Shown one piece after another: positions 1 to 11,699 of a DNA stretch of 64,000 nt. The notes beneath the pieces were generated by a model. The model worked only from the letters and a program-made list of their open reading frames with translations. It made no database searches and had not been told where the DNA came from. How positions within the stretch are numbered: position 1 is the first letter of the stretch; the number at the start of each line of letters is the position of its first letter. Origin of the DNA: Dipteris shenzhenensis (taxonomy: Eukaryota); assembly GCA_047967505.1 (NCBI GenBank), contig CM106538.1; one strand, given 5' to 3'. The position numbers were made by a program, and so were the translations under genes.

Positions 1-573
1 TGTTTTGTAAACACCTCTGGTCACCTTATGATGTAGGCCATGTGTATGTTTTGCTCCATGGTACCTCCTGTAGACATTGTGTGCATGTACATGCAGGGGA
101 GATAACCATTGGAAGGTCTTTTTGTATTCCTTTTGTTTACCTTACACCCAAGGGAACCCTTGCTAGCATGAGAACCTAGCCATAGATTTATCCTTGACCA
201 CCATGAGATGGCATGAGAAACTATGAGACTAGATGTATCCTTGACATAGCCTGAGGCATTCCCTTGAGGGGGGGTTTGATGGGATATCTCAAGGTGTATG
301 CCTCAGGCACACCTTGGTTTCTATGTGTGAGTGCTAGAGGCACAGTTAGGTGGCCATAAGCACAGTTAGGTGGTGGAAGAGCCACATAGGATGATTGAGA
401 GAATCTAGGAGCAGATTGAGGAGATGATTGTGGAGCTCTAAAGTCATCAGTGATGTCAGTGAGCATGTATGAGGTACCTACTTAAGGACCTCCCTCTTCT
501 TCATTCTACAAGCAAGTAATGCAAGTATTCTGAGTTTGTGTCCACTCTTTCCTTTCCTTTCAGTTTACCAACA
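1..573 (+). mobile_element. Probable 3' part of an LTR, running off the window start
   Basis: Non-coding, TATA-like CTACTTAAGG at about 478 followed by a CT-rich stretch, ends ...TTACCAACA just before the tandem array. No partner LTR seen. Confidence 0.3.
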
Positions 574-1095
574 CTCTCTTTCCCTCTTCTCTATTTCCGC
601 ATAAGCTCATGCTTATGCTTCTCTCTTTCCCCCCTCTCTATTTCCCCCTTCTCTCATTCTCTATTTCCACATAAGCTTATGCTTATGCATGAGCTTATGC
701 AGAAATAGAGAATGAGAGAAGCATAAGCTCATGCTTATGCTTCTCTCATTCTCTATTTCCGCATAAGCTCATTCTCTGTTTCCGCATAAGCTCATGCTTA
801 TGCTTCTCTCTTTTCCCCTTCTCTATTTCCCCCTTCTCTCATTCTCTATTTCTGCATAAGCTCATTCTCTATTTCCACATAAGCTCATGCTTATGCTTCT
901 CTCATTCTCTATTTCTGCATAAGCTCATTCTCTATTTCTGCATAAGCTCATGCTTATGCTTCTCTCTTTCCCTCTTCTCTATTTCCCCCTCCTCTCATTC
1001 TCTATTTCCGCATAAGGTCATTCTCTAGCTTCTCTCTTTTCCCCTTCTCTATTTCCCCCTTCTCTCATTCTCTATTTCTGCATAAGCATAGGCAT
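574..1095. repeat. Modular tandem array with an internal inversion
   Basis: Repeated modules CTCTCATTCTCTATTTC(C/T)GCATAAGCTCATGCTTATGCTTCT. One module is reverse-complemented at about 688-728 (GAGCTTATGCAGAAATAGAGAATGAGAGAAG). Confidence 0.9.
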
Positions 1096-1291
1096 GAGCT
1101 TATTCTCTCGAACTCTTATTCTCTACTTCCCTCTTCTTCCTCTTCTCTTTCCTTTCCCTCTTCTTTCCTTTCCCTCTTCTTTCCCTCTTTCTTTTCCCTC
1201 TTCTTTCCTTTCCCTCTTCTTTCTTCTTGCCTATGCCTATGCTTATGTTTGTTTTTTTGTTTTTTGTTTTTGTGTTTGTGTCTATGTTAGA

Positions 1292-2852
1292 CATGGGATC
1301 ACGTCACTCATCCGATGAGTACGGACAGCCTCGCAGGAGAAGAGCTCATGATCTTTATGCTCCAGAGGACTTTGATTCCTCTCAGGCGACTACCCTGAGG
1401 ACTACCCCTGGTCCGACTCCTCTCGGACCTAGCACTACGACTACCCCTGGTCTAACTCCTCTTCCACATAGCACTGCGACTACCCCTCGGGGAACTCCTT
1501 TGCTAGCCGTGCATGGCTTTGTTGGGAGTCCCGACGAGTTTTTAGCATAGATGAGCGATGAGGAGGCAACGAGATTCTTCTCTCTGCTATCTCAGAGGAC
1601 CTCAGAAATTCCCTCCCTTACACTGACGGGTGGACGTACTGCCCAGCCGTCCCCTCATGCCCCTTCGACTGCGGGGTCATCACCTGCGCATGTGTCTTGC
1701 AAGGGAAGGAAGAGTAGGACAGGCAGCTCATGTTGTGCTGACTCGGGAGATGTAGACAAGTCAGCACACTCATGCTCCTTTAGGTCTCCACTTGGTCTGG
1801 AGACACAGTATTAGTCAGGTCCCTTTCCCTCTCCTACTCCCACTACTACTCCTCGCTCTGGAAGCGCTCGCGCAGCTTCCACTCCTTCTGACTCTGCTAC
1901 CGTTAGTCCTCCTTACTCATTAGGGATCCTCTCCTATCAAATCACAGCTACCGGAGAGATAATAGAAGATAGAAAGGGCAAAGCAGTGAGGGCCGCCATG
2001 AGGAAGTTGATGAGTCATCACTTCAAGAGCGGCATAAATATCGATTGGCAGTATCAAGATGCCCAAAAGAAGTAGGCGGTCATCGATGAGTTAAAACAAA
2101 GATACCCTAATCCGCCAAATGTGGAGTTTAATGACGATTATATGCGAGAGCGCATGGGTTTGGTCTTGAAGCATCGTAGATCAACCTTGCATACTTCCAT
2201 CACAAAGGGGTTGGCTAAACCCAGCTGGGCAGACAAAGCTGATTGGAAGTACTTCAAGAAGAAACATAGGGACCATCCTGAATTGTTCGAGGGTCAGAAG
2301 AGGGCTGCGAAGAGATGGCTGGATGTCGTAGGTACTTTGCACTTTGGTGCAGGCGGATGGTATGCGTTCGAGGCAACCGTGGTAAGTCTACTTATTCTCA
2401 TTTAATGTATGGTTCTATTTGTTTTACTACATATTACATGCACTTTAGCTAACTCTAACTCTCGTAAATTGGATCCACAGCTCATCCATAGCAAGCTGCG
2501 ATGGGTCGTCTTCCTACAGATGCAGAGACGTGATGCACATTTTGGATAGGAACAAAGCCGTGGTTCATTAAGCAAGAGGCAATGGGAGCGACAGTCGATT
2601 GGGCTGAGGTGGCTGCTCGCATGGTATAAGTTTACTCCTACTTGTAATCTCACTTTTTAATTTAAGTTCCAATCTAATTTTCGATTTATATGGTTCACTC
2701 TTAGGGTCAAAGCTCAAGCGTCCCATCATCGGAGGCGAGCGATCAACAGGGCCAAGGATCAGACACAGGTGGCGAGGACGAGGGAGAAGACGCAGGTGTC
2801 GAGGACCAAGGAACAGGCCAACAAGACGAGGATGATTCGGATTCGTCGGATG
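1292..2852 (+). pseudogene. CACTA second gene (TnpA-like / Ptta-En/Spm type), disrupted
   Basis: S/T/P-rich N-terminus, then KPSWADKADWKYF and HFGAGGW segments. Introns GTAAGT (2382) to CAG (2480) and about 2623 to TAG (2704). Acidic tail. In-frame stops at 1548 and 2073. Lies just inside a CACTA end. Confidence 0.6.
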
Positions 2853-3139
2853 AGTAGTAGTGGTAGTAGCATTTTGTATATCTGCTTGTTTGATCAATTT
2901 TGTATCGCCCTTTCGAAAGGGTACTTTTGTTACAAACAATGTTGTATATGTCTGACATGTATATGCTTTTGTTGCTCATCATTTCACAAGAGCGATTTTG
3001 TATCACCCTTTTCGCAAGGGAAATTTTGTTATAAAAAAACTTTGTTTTGTAATTACAAAAAAAAAAAGGATTAGTGGAGCTAAACAGGGCCAAAAGGAAG
3101 CCCTGTTTAGCCCCACTAACCCTTTTTTTAACTTCTGTT

Positions 3140-3378
3140 AATTGTCGCTATATAGCGACGTTTACCAGTGTCGCTATATAGCGACGATTAACAGTGTCAC
3201 TATAAAGCCACGTTTCCAGTGTCGCTATATAGCGACGTTTGCCAGTGTCGCTATATAGCGACGGTCCTTTTTTGATACTTTTAGCGACACTTATAGCGAC
3301 GTTTGCGCCCGTGAAAAAAAAAAATTATTGTAAAAAGCGTCGGTATTTTTGTCAGAAAATGGCCTATGCCTTGTAGTG
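3140..3378. mobile_element. CACTA element 1 terminus with palindromic subterminal repeats
   Basis: Several GTCGCTATATAGCGAC palindromes, then ...GCCTATGCCTTGTAGTG (reverse complement CACTACAAGGCATAGGC) ending at 3378. The paralogous empty site is at 32070. Confidence 0.9.
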
Positions 3379-4306
3379 ATTCAAGTGGCTAGTCCCTAAT
3401 TGAGAAATTTCAAGAGCCACGTAAACGATCCCTTGAAACTCTGATTGCCTTGAAATCGGAGCTCTCACTATGCAAGTCTGAAACGTTCGAACACTGGACG
3501 CTCGGTGATTTTTCTTGATTATCCACGGTTACGTCGCCTCGTGGGAACCTTGAGGTGACCTTCGTCGACTTTGAACTCACAAGCGATCCTATGAATACAC
3601 CACGATTGACTAAGAAACGAGTCACGAGCTCCAGCTAGAGGAAAATGAGGCGAGAGACGGTGACTCCCTCAGTTCTCGCAATTCAACGGCGAGAAAAATG
3701 ACGATGATGAGATCCAAATTGTTTCAACGAGTGGCTTCTACAACGATACAAATTGTTTCAACGAGCGGCTTCTACAACGATACAAATTGTTTCAACGAAA
3801 GATTCAAGTAACCAAAACATGAGCATATGTAATTTGAATTTGACTCATCACACCGATTGAACTGCATGGCAGCAGCGAGAAATCCACATAAAATGACGTC
3901 ATTTGCCTTGCTGCCGTTTGCCTCCTTGCTTTGAAAACCTGTCCCTTCTTGCAAGCTTTTGACCTGTAGCCAACCTCGCAACCCAACCTGCTCACGAGAA
4001 GGTTACAAATAACCTCTTTGTCTCATGATCGCCATAGTCAGAAACTAGCTCTGCTTCCATCCTAATCCTGCTTCTTGATTCTGTCCTCCTGCTTCTGATT
4101 TTCGTTCCTCATACAACCTTACCTTGTCGTGGGGATTACCTCTACCTCTTCCACTCAATCTTTATTAAGTTCATAGCTGCTACCATCTGTAATCGTCTTT
4201 CGGCACAAAGCATTTTGATGTCATAATTCTGTGCCGAGGAGCAACCAAGGGCGGACGTAGATCAGTGTGCATTGGTGTAGGAGCTAGTGTAGCCTCGTTA
4301 AGGTTG

Positions 4307-4474
4307 ATGTCTTCAAGCAACAAGCCGCCTTTGTGCGGGCCTTTATGCCTTCTTTTAATCATAGGAATATTATTAGTGCTCCCAGTTGAGTCCCGCAGAA
4401 TACAATCATCTCCTTACCACCGTTTTCGAACCCGCCAGAGACAGGAGGGATAGATGCCCCAAATCCTCCCCATC
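4307..4474 (+). pseudogene. Truncated copy of the secreted CLE-like peptide precursor
   Basis: Near-identical to 32981 onward, with the signal peptide retained. TAC>TAG at 4451-4453. A deletion at CATC (4471-4474) removes the C-terminal peptide motif. Confidence 0.9.
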
Positions 4475-4771
4475 ATGAAATAAATAGAGAGAAAATTTAA
4501 AGGAACTAATTAGAAAAAAATATGAAAAAATTTGAAAATTTTATGAAATACTTAAGAGGAAAAAAGGAAAGTTAAGAAAATTAAGGAAAAACTAAGGAAA
4601 ACTTAATTAAAAATCAGAGAGAGAGAGAGCGAGAGAGAGAGAGAGTTAAATTAGGGAGAAATTAAGAGGAGAACAAGGGAGTTTGAGGGAAAAGAAATTA
4701 GGAAAATTAAGGGGGGTTGTCGAGGGGAGCTCTAATAAACAAGTGGTAAAACCAATGGAGGAAGGGATAGT

Positions 4772-4805
<34 letters not shown>

Positions 4806-5609
4806 CCACCTTTGTCCCCGTAGGATATAACACACTAGGTGAGACAGTAAGTCATCACCTAGTGTGATAACCTACTGTCTACCCGAAGAGAATAAGAAGT
4901 ATTAAGAAGTGCAATTTAAAGTAATGGAAATGGAAGAGAAGTACTTGAGTGAGGTAGGTGAATAGTATGGAAGCAAAGAGGAAAACCAAGTTAGATCAGG
5001 GAGTTAAAAAGCCAAATAATGGCCTTGATGACTTAAAGGTCCTATGTGCAACCATCCAAAGTTATAGGGGAAAGCATGTGTGTGTAGTAGACATTTACAA
5101 CACCCCTTTCCATAGTGAAGAGTAGACAAATTTGGAGTAGGAAAGAGAAATGTTTAATAGATAAACTTTGCAATAAACATCACAAAAAGTGAAGTAGCAT
5201 AATTAAAGGATGAACATTTTTTTCTAAAATAGAAAATGTGAGCAGTGAAGCTTAGATAAGTCATTGGAAGCATCACTTTTATTGAAGAGGGGAGTCTGCC
5301 TACCTACCACCATCCAACAAGAAAAATGATAAGAGCCATATTTTAACTTAGTTGAGAAGACAAGTGTCATAGACACCCCTCCCTTATTATCGAGATCACA
5401 ATAATATCGAGATCACAATAAAAAATAGTTGCACACGCTTAAGACTTATAAAGCAAATTTTTGATATTGCACTTTTGAGTGTAATAAAAAGTTGGGGTGT
5501 AGATAGTAGGTAGAAAGGATTAATGTATGTAGGTGTCAGAGGTGCAGAAGGGGAGAATTTGATAGGGTAAATTTATGCAACATTTTCGAAAGAATTTGTA
5601 AAAAAGTTG

Positions 5610-6950
5610 GAAGTTGCAAAGTTCTTAATATGTGTAAGATACATGTGCTTGCAAAGTTTCTCGTAATTTTTTTTGTGCACCATGCGAAAGTGCTCCAAAA
5701 AATATGCATTGTTGTACTTATACCATCATGTGTATGTGTGTATAGTACTTTGCAAAGGTCTTAATATGTGTAAGATACATGTGCTTGCAAAGTTTTGGGT
5801 GATTCAAATATCATTTGGGAGGTAAGGCATGCATAATTTCTAGTTTTTTTAATCATGCACAGTGCTTAAGTACTCCAAAAAATTTGTGTTACTACATTTC
5901 TACCATCATGTGCTTGTGTGTGATGGGTACAATAATTTGTACTAACCTTAATATGAGTAATTTCCATGAGCTCATAAATTTTATCATTTTTGTGGTAAGA
6001 TATATGTATTTCTGTGTTTTTTTATCATGCACCATGCTTAAGTCCTCTAAAAAATATGCAATATTGTTGTACTTCTACCATCATGTGTATATATCCGATG
6101 GATACTATACTTTGCAAAGGTCTTAATATGAGTAAGATTCATGTTCTTACAGAGTTTAGTATGATTAAGATCTCGTTTGTAAGGTAATATATGCATCCTT
6201 TCTAGTTTTTTAATCATGCACCATGCGCAAGTGCTCCAAAAATTTGGTGTTGTTGTAGTTCTACCATCACATGTATGTGCCTAATGGAAAAGATAATTTG
6301 CACTGACCTTAATATGAGTAATATCCATGATCTCATTTTTTTTTTGGTTATTCAGATATCATTTATATGGTAAGATATGCACATTTCCATGTTTTTTAAT
6401 CATGCACCATGCATAAGTGCTTCAAAAAATATGAATTGTTGTACTTCTACCATCATGTGTATGTGTCTAATGGGTACCATAATTTGTAGAGGTCTCAATA
6501 TGAGTACTATCCATGTACTTCCAAAGTCTATTGTGATTTGGATATCATTTTTTAGGTAAGACATGCATAGTTTCTACTTTTTTTATCATTCACCAAGTGT
6601 AAGTACTCTAAAAAACATGCATTGTCGTGCATCTACCATCATGTGTATATGTATAATGGGAACAATTATTTGTAGAGGTTTTAATATGTGTAATATCCAT
6701 GTGCTCATAAAGTTTAATGTGATTCAGATATTATTTATGAGGTAAGAGATGCATAGTTTCTAGTTTTTAAATCATGTACGATGCACAAGTGCTCAAAAAA
6801 ATGTGTGTCATTATACTTCTGCCATCATGTGTATGTATCCAATGGGTACAATCCTCGTACGATACTATATACTGGCCTTAATATAAATAAGATCCATGAG
6901 ATTGAAATTTTTTGTGTGATTTGGATATCATTTGTATCATAAAATATGCA
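5610..6950. repeat. About 185-bp degenerate tandem repeat (about 7 units)
   Basis: Anchor TACCATCATG recurs at about 5721, 5900, 6076, 6262, 6448, 6634 and 6820. Confidence 0.9.
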
Positions 6951-8909
6951 TATTGGGTCATTGGTTGCTTGGGTGTAGCCATTTTTGGTGAGATTTAGGG
7001 AATTTGTTGGATATATGTATCTTGCATGACCCATAACTTATGCTCAACGGAATTTGACAAACTTTTCTCCAAGTTGTAGTACACATTCCAAACTTGAACA
7101 TGAAACCAAAAAATTTTGGAATAACAATTTAAAATGAGACCGTTAAAGCATTACCAATGCTCTGTTGCATGTGAATCATGCATCGTGAAGACTACGGGAT
7201 ATAGCAATTTATTTAAGAACATCAAAATTTTGTTATGTATATATATGCAACCAAGTAATCATTCAAAAGTATTAGGCATGGATTAATGGGCCTCCAATGT
7301 TGTGCTAAAGTGATGCACACCTATTTTGAGGGCACGCTCCATAACATTTTTTTTAATTTGTTGAAAATCATAACAAATTGAAATTTTCGAATCTAACTAG
7401 TGAAACTACTGCATGGTGGTCTTAAAACATTGATAGTTATTGGTATTGGTATTTAGATTCACCCTAAAATGGAAGAAGTTGAAAATGTGTAATTTGTGCA
7501 TGTGCAAAGATCTTTTAATAAATCCAACACTATTTATAATTTTAAATTATTTATTTTTCCATGCACTTGCTTGCTATATGGCTCATAAGCATGCCAAAGG
7601 TCATTGCATTTCATAATACATAGCATCAAACCCGATAGCATGCCCTTTGGGAGCCCTTTGGACTATTTGTGTTTTGAAGCATTTGAGGCCACATTGCTTT
7701 TGTTTGGGATATTATCCAATTCTATTGATGTGTATTGTCGGAGGGATGAAACCGATGGCTGAAAATTTTGCTACTCCCACAAATTTCAAATTTTCATACC
7801 TCCCCTATGCAGATTAAGTACCTACAACCTACCCCTGCCGTGCAACTCGCACGAGCCTCAATGTGACCTTGTGCCATCTTTGGTTTGGCATTGTCATGTT
7901 TTGGGTAAGTTGTCTTCTATTCTTTGCTTGCCTCACAAGCTAGCTTCTCTCTATTTTGGTTTGGCATTGTCATCTTTCATTGATCATTTCCTTGGCACCG
8001 TGTAGCTCACCATGGCTTACAAGAGAAGAAGACAGAGGCACTGATATAGGAAAGATGAAAAGCTTAGTCAAGGCACAAGGACAGATTGCGGGTCGAGGAA
8101 AGAAACGGCACAGTATCAAAACAACAACGGAAGACAAGTTTTGCAACACTTGCAAAGGGAGAAACAACGAGAAGAAATAAGACTCCTTACAGCGTAGCAA
8201 CAGGAAGCGGTTATAGATGCATGCATTCAATCATTGACATTAGAGCAAAGAACACAAGTTGTGAAGCAATAGCCATTCAGGTGAATACCAATCTCGACTC
8301 TTCATAAGCTTTTTCTCGCACCCTAAATTTTGTAGAGTGACAACCCTACCAATACGTCGGGAGATGCACGTAGAGCGGAAGCAATGCCCAATCATCCCGA
8401 TCCGAGCAGTCAACAAAATGTAAGAAAAGGAGAGACAACCTAAGTGCAAAAGTCATTACAATAGTGATGATGTTTTGGCATTTATCTAAATAACAAGGAC
8501 ATCTATAGAAAGTAGATGGGATGCAAGATGCTTGACGAGCACATCATACACATGCTTGATACAATGTAGGTCAGTGATTGCCTAAACCATCCTGGTGGTT
8601 GTTTGTGATTGAGCTTTGGGATAGTTTACTTGTTTCATTTCTTGATACAACACAAGTCAATGGTTGCATGTATGTACGTTGCTCTACTAAAGAAGAGGCT
8701 CATACAAATGACAAGGTATAGCAACCTATCAAACCTGTGTGCTCAACTTTCATGAGTTGAAGGTCGTCTATTGTTTGCATGGATAAACATCCATCGGCAT
8801 AGGATGTAGCATCTATCATAGGCTCATAAAGAAGGAGCTGACAGTGTAAAGGCCTAGAAGCCTAAAATATCACTAAGATAGCATAAGATATCCCTAAAGC
8901 ATTTCAAAG

Positions 8910-10450
8910 AGGTTTAAATCCATCAGGTCCGCGCATGACAACTGCTCTACTGTCATGTGGCTATAGCTACCTGATGCCTTATATTGGGGCATGCTGCAAG
9001 ATTGTAAGGCCTCTGCTAGGCCTGCCCATGGAGTGGAACAAGTGCCAGTGGCAAAGGATGTTGTCTCTTGAGGGGTGGTGGAGACTGAGACATAGGGCAT
9101 AGTGGGGGTGGTCGGCATAGCTTCGCCTCTTGTATGGCTCTTGTATGGAGACCTATTTCAATTGTCTCATCGCCCTGAAGATCTTCAATGAGAATAGGCT
9201 CCACTTGAACCTATTTGCCCTTGCCTTGAGGATCCGCTCACTGGAGATGCAGTTGTTGATGCATGAACTCGTGCAACTGGCAGTCCTCATATTGAGCAAG
9301 CAACTGACTTGTGTTCGGTTGCATATAAATTACCGGAGTGACACTGGGCATTGTCCTTGCTCTCTTGGGCTTCACCTCTGTTTCTTCTTGCTCGGTCTGT
9401 ACTGGGCCGGTGGTGGATTCTCTGCTAGGCCGAAGTTGACTGGCAGATGCTGACTCTTTAAGTAATAGAGGACCGACATGTATAGCATGGGATTGCCGAT
9501 AATATCCTCATGGGTGCTGAGATCGTCTCGCATTTGGCTGCAGAAGTAGTCAGCCCAGTTTGTCTCTTGGAACTCCACCATTCGCAGCAAGATATTGGGG
9601 ACAATGGACTGATGATGGTATGTGTGCTTAACTTGAGTGAGCCATTGCAAGGCTCTTGTTGGTTGCTCCACTTTGGGCTTGTGGATGGCCATGAATTGGA
9701 GGTGGCCCTTGCACTTGTGGCAGTCATAGTGACAGACCGTTTTGAGGGCATCAAGCATTTTCTTCTTGTTGGAGTGTTTCTCCCTTACCACTAGCAAGTT
9801 GAAGGCTACCCACACCATGTCCTAATTGATTTGGTAGTGGTGGGGGTTGCTTGCTGCATCTTGCAAGATGCCAATGTTGGTGTTGCTGTTGTATGCCTTG
9901 AGGAATTTTGCTAGTGTCATGTTGAGGTGGCATGGGAGACGGGCGGCTATTATGCCCAAGCCTGCAAAGTTGAGTGACTCCACCACTGCTAGGTCCTGGA
10001 AAGTTGTGTATGCTGCCTCTGCTGTATGGTAGTGGAGGGTGTAGTCGTAGCCCTCGTATGCAAAGCGCAAGTGTATCACATAAGCATTTAGTTCTTAGAG
10101 CCATGCTGCTTCTCCAAGTGGCGGGTGTTTGGAAGCGTACGACCTTGTACTCGGCTTGCGATTGGCACTGGGGTGCGCTTTCATGTCCTCGAGCGAGGTG
10201 TGCCTGCCATAGTTGGATCTTCTTGAGTGGCCTGCCTGGTGGAAGTTTCTCCACCTTGTAAGTCTTCCAAGGGTATCTAGGCCAACATGTGGATTGTGGC
10301 AGACGGAGTGCTTTGGGAGTCTGATGGGCCAATGGCCTCTAGGTTAGGGTGAGGGTGGAGTCCGAGGTCTGTTTCGAACTCAAAGAAATTGTGCTCAATC
10401 ACCATCAAAAATAGTGATGGAACTGAGTGATGAGGGAATCGGTGGAGGAG
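8910..10450 (-). pseudogene. Degraded unknown ORF, probably a retrotransposon accessory ORF
   Basis: ORFs 9822-10079 and 9372-9818 are in one frame separated by a single stop. Motifs KFLKAY, VWVAFNL and NWADYF resemble accessory ORFs of large Ty3 elements. Minus-strand TATA (CTATATAAGC) at about 10582-10591. Confidence 0.4.
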
Positions 10451-11699
10451 GAGGAGCAGGAGGACATAAACTTGATGTTTACATTGTAGTGGAAGGGGGT
10501 AGGAAATTGTCAGATTTCTGGGCAAATTTTGCAAGAGTTCTAGGGCAACTACTATGGCAATGACCTAGAGGGGTAAGCCTGCTTATATAGATTTCCTATC
10601 CCCTGGATCGGCGGGATACAGGTATGGCAGTGGTCGGTGCTAAAAATCGATGGCACGGTAGTTGGTGGGATGTGGCCAAGGCTGCGACTGGCATGATACG
10701 AGATGAAGACAGGTGGTGCGATCTACAATGGCGACCAGCAGTGGTGTCTTTCCTTGATGTCGATCGGTGGAATGTTGGGATCGCAACGGTCGATGGGATA
10801 CTTCTAATGCAACGATTGGCATGATTTGTCGATGGCAATGGTCGGCAAGATGTTGGGATCATGACGGTCGACACGGTACTTCATTGGCGACAGTCAGTGG
10901 GATGTTGGGATCACGACAGTCAGTGAGATACCATTATGGCGACGAACTGACGGGGTACTTGATTGTGTAAAAGAGAAAAAGAAAGAAAGAGTGGTGTGTG
11001 GGGGGGGGAAAAGGGTAATTGAGCAGAGTGCACTTGTGCAATGCGGACATGATAATGAGTTCAGCGTGCAAGATCATGAACACATGCAAAAATGCAAAAA
11101 TGGATTCTAATCACCTACTGCTAACCGTGTGTATGCGTGCAGTGTGTTCGGTAGGGACTAGTGGGCTATGGGTGTGTCGGGTGAGATGCAATGATTATGA
11201 TGAATGCGGTGAAGGTGGGCATCATACTACAGCATAGCATCATGTAAGGAGCCATGTAGAGTACGTGTCCAACTTATTCTTTACCTTAGATGCCAGGGGC
11301 ACATTTGTGTCAGACTTCGTTGTTGCCGCATGGTCCATCTTCTTGGGAGAAGTGACCTTTTGTGAGTCCACCCGTGGGGTTGACCCTTGCTTTCGTGAGT
11401 AGGACGGTACCATTGGAGGGGGTACATTCGCCACCATTACCTTCAAGTGTTCGCTGCCAGAGGGAGGTTCTTATGTAACTCTTCAAAATTTCTTCTCCTT
11501 TCGAGCTAGGACTTTAAGTGGGGTGCTAGTGGAGGCTGGGGCTTCCGGTCTGCCTTGTTGTGTAGCTTCATTATCGTGGATCGATGAGGTTGGAGCTGAT
11601 GAGGGGGGGCTTGGTCCACATAGCAGAACTACCACCGTTTGGCCACCATTGGTGAGCAAAGCAGTTCGGGTGCACTAGTCGATTTGACCGTTGATGGCA

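Larger units (their letters stand above)
3379..8905 (+). repeat. Segmental duplication copy A (paralogous to 32070-41127)
   Basis: Colinear high identity from ATTCAAGTGGCTAGTCCC to ATCCCT(A/G)AAGCATTT. Copy A lacks a 2221-bp block and a 1246-bp block present in copy B. Confidence 0.95.

Noticed and set aside
7956-8500. Short ORFs shared with 38957-39541
   Set aside because: Shared only because of the recent duplication; both have stops and no recognisable domain.
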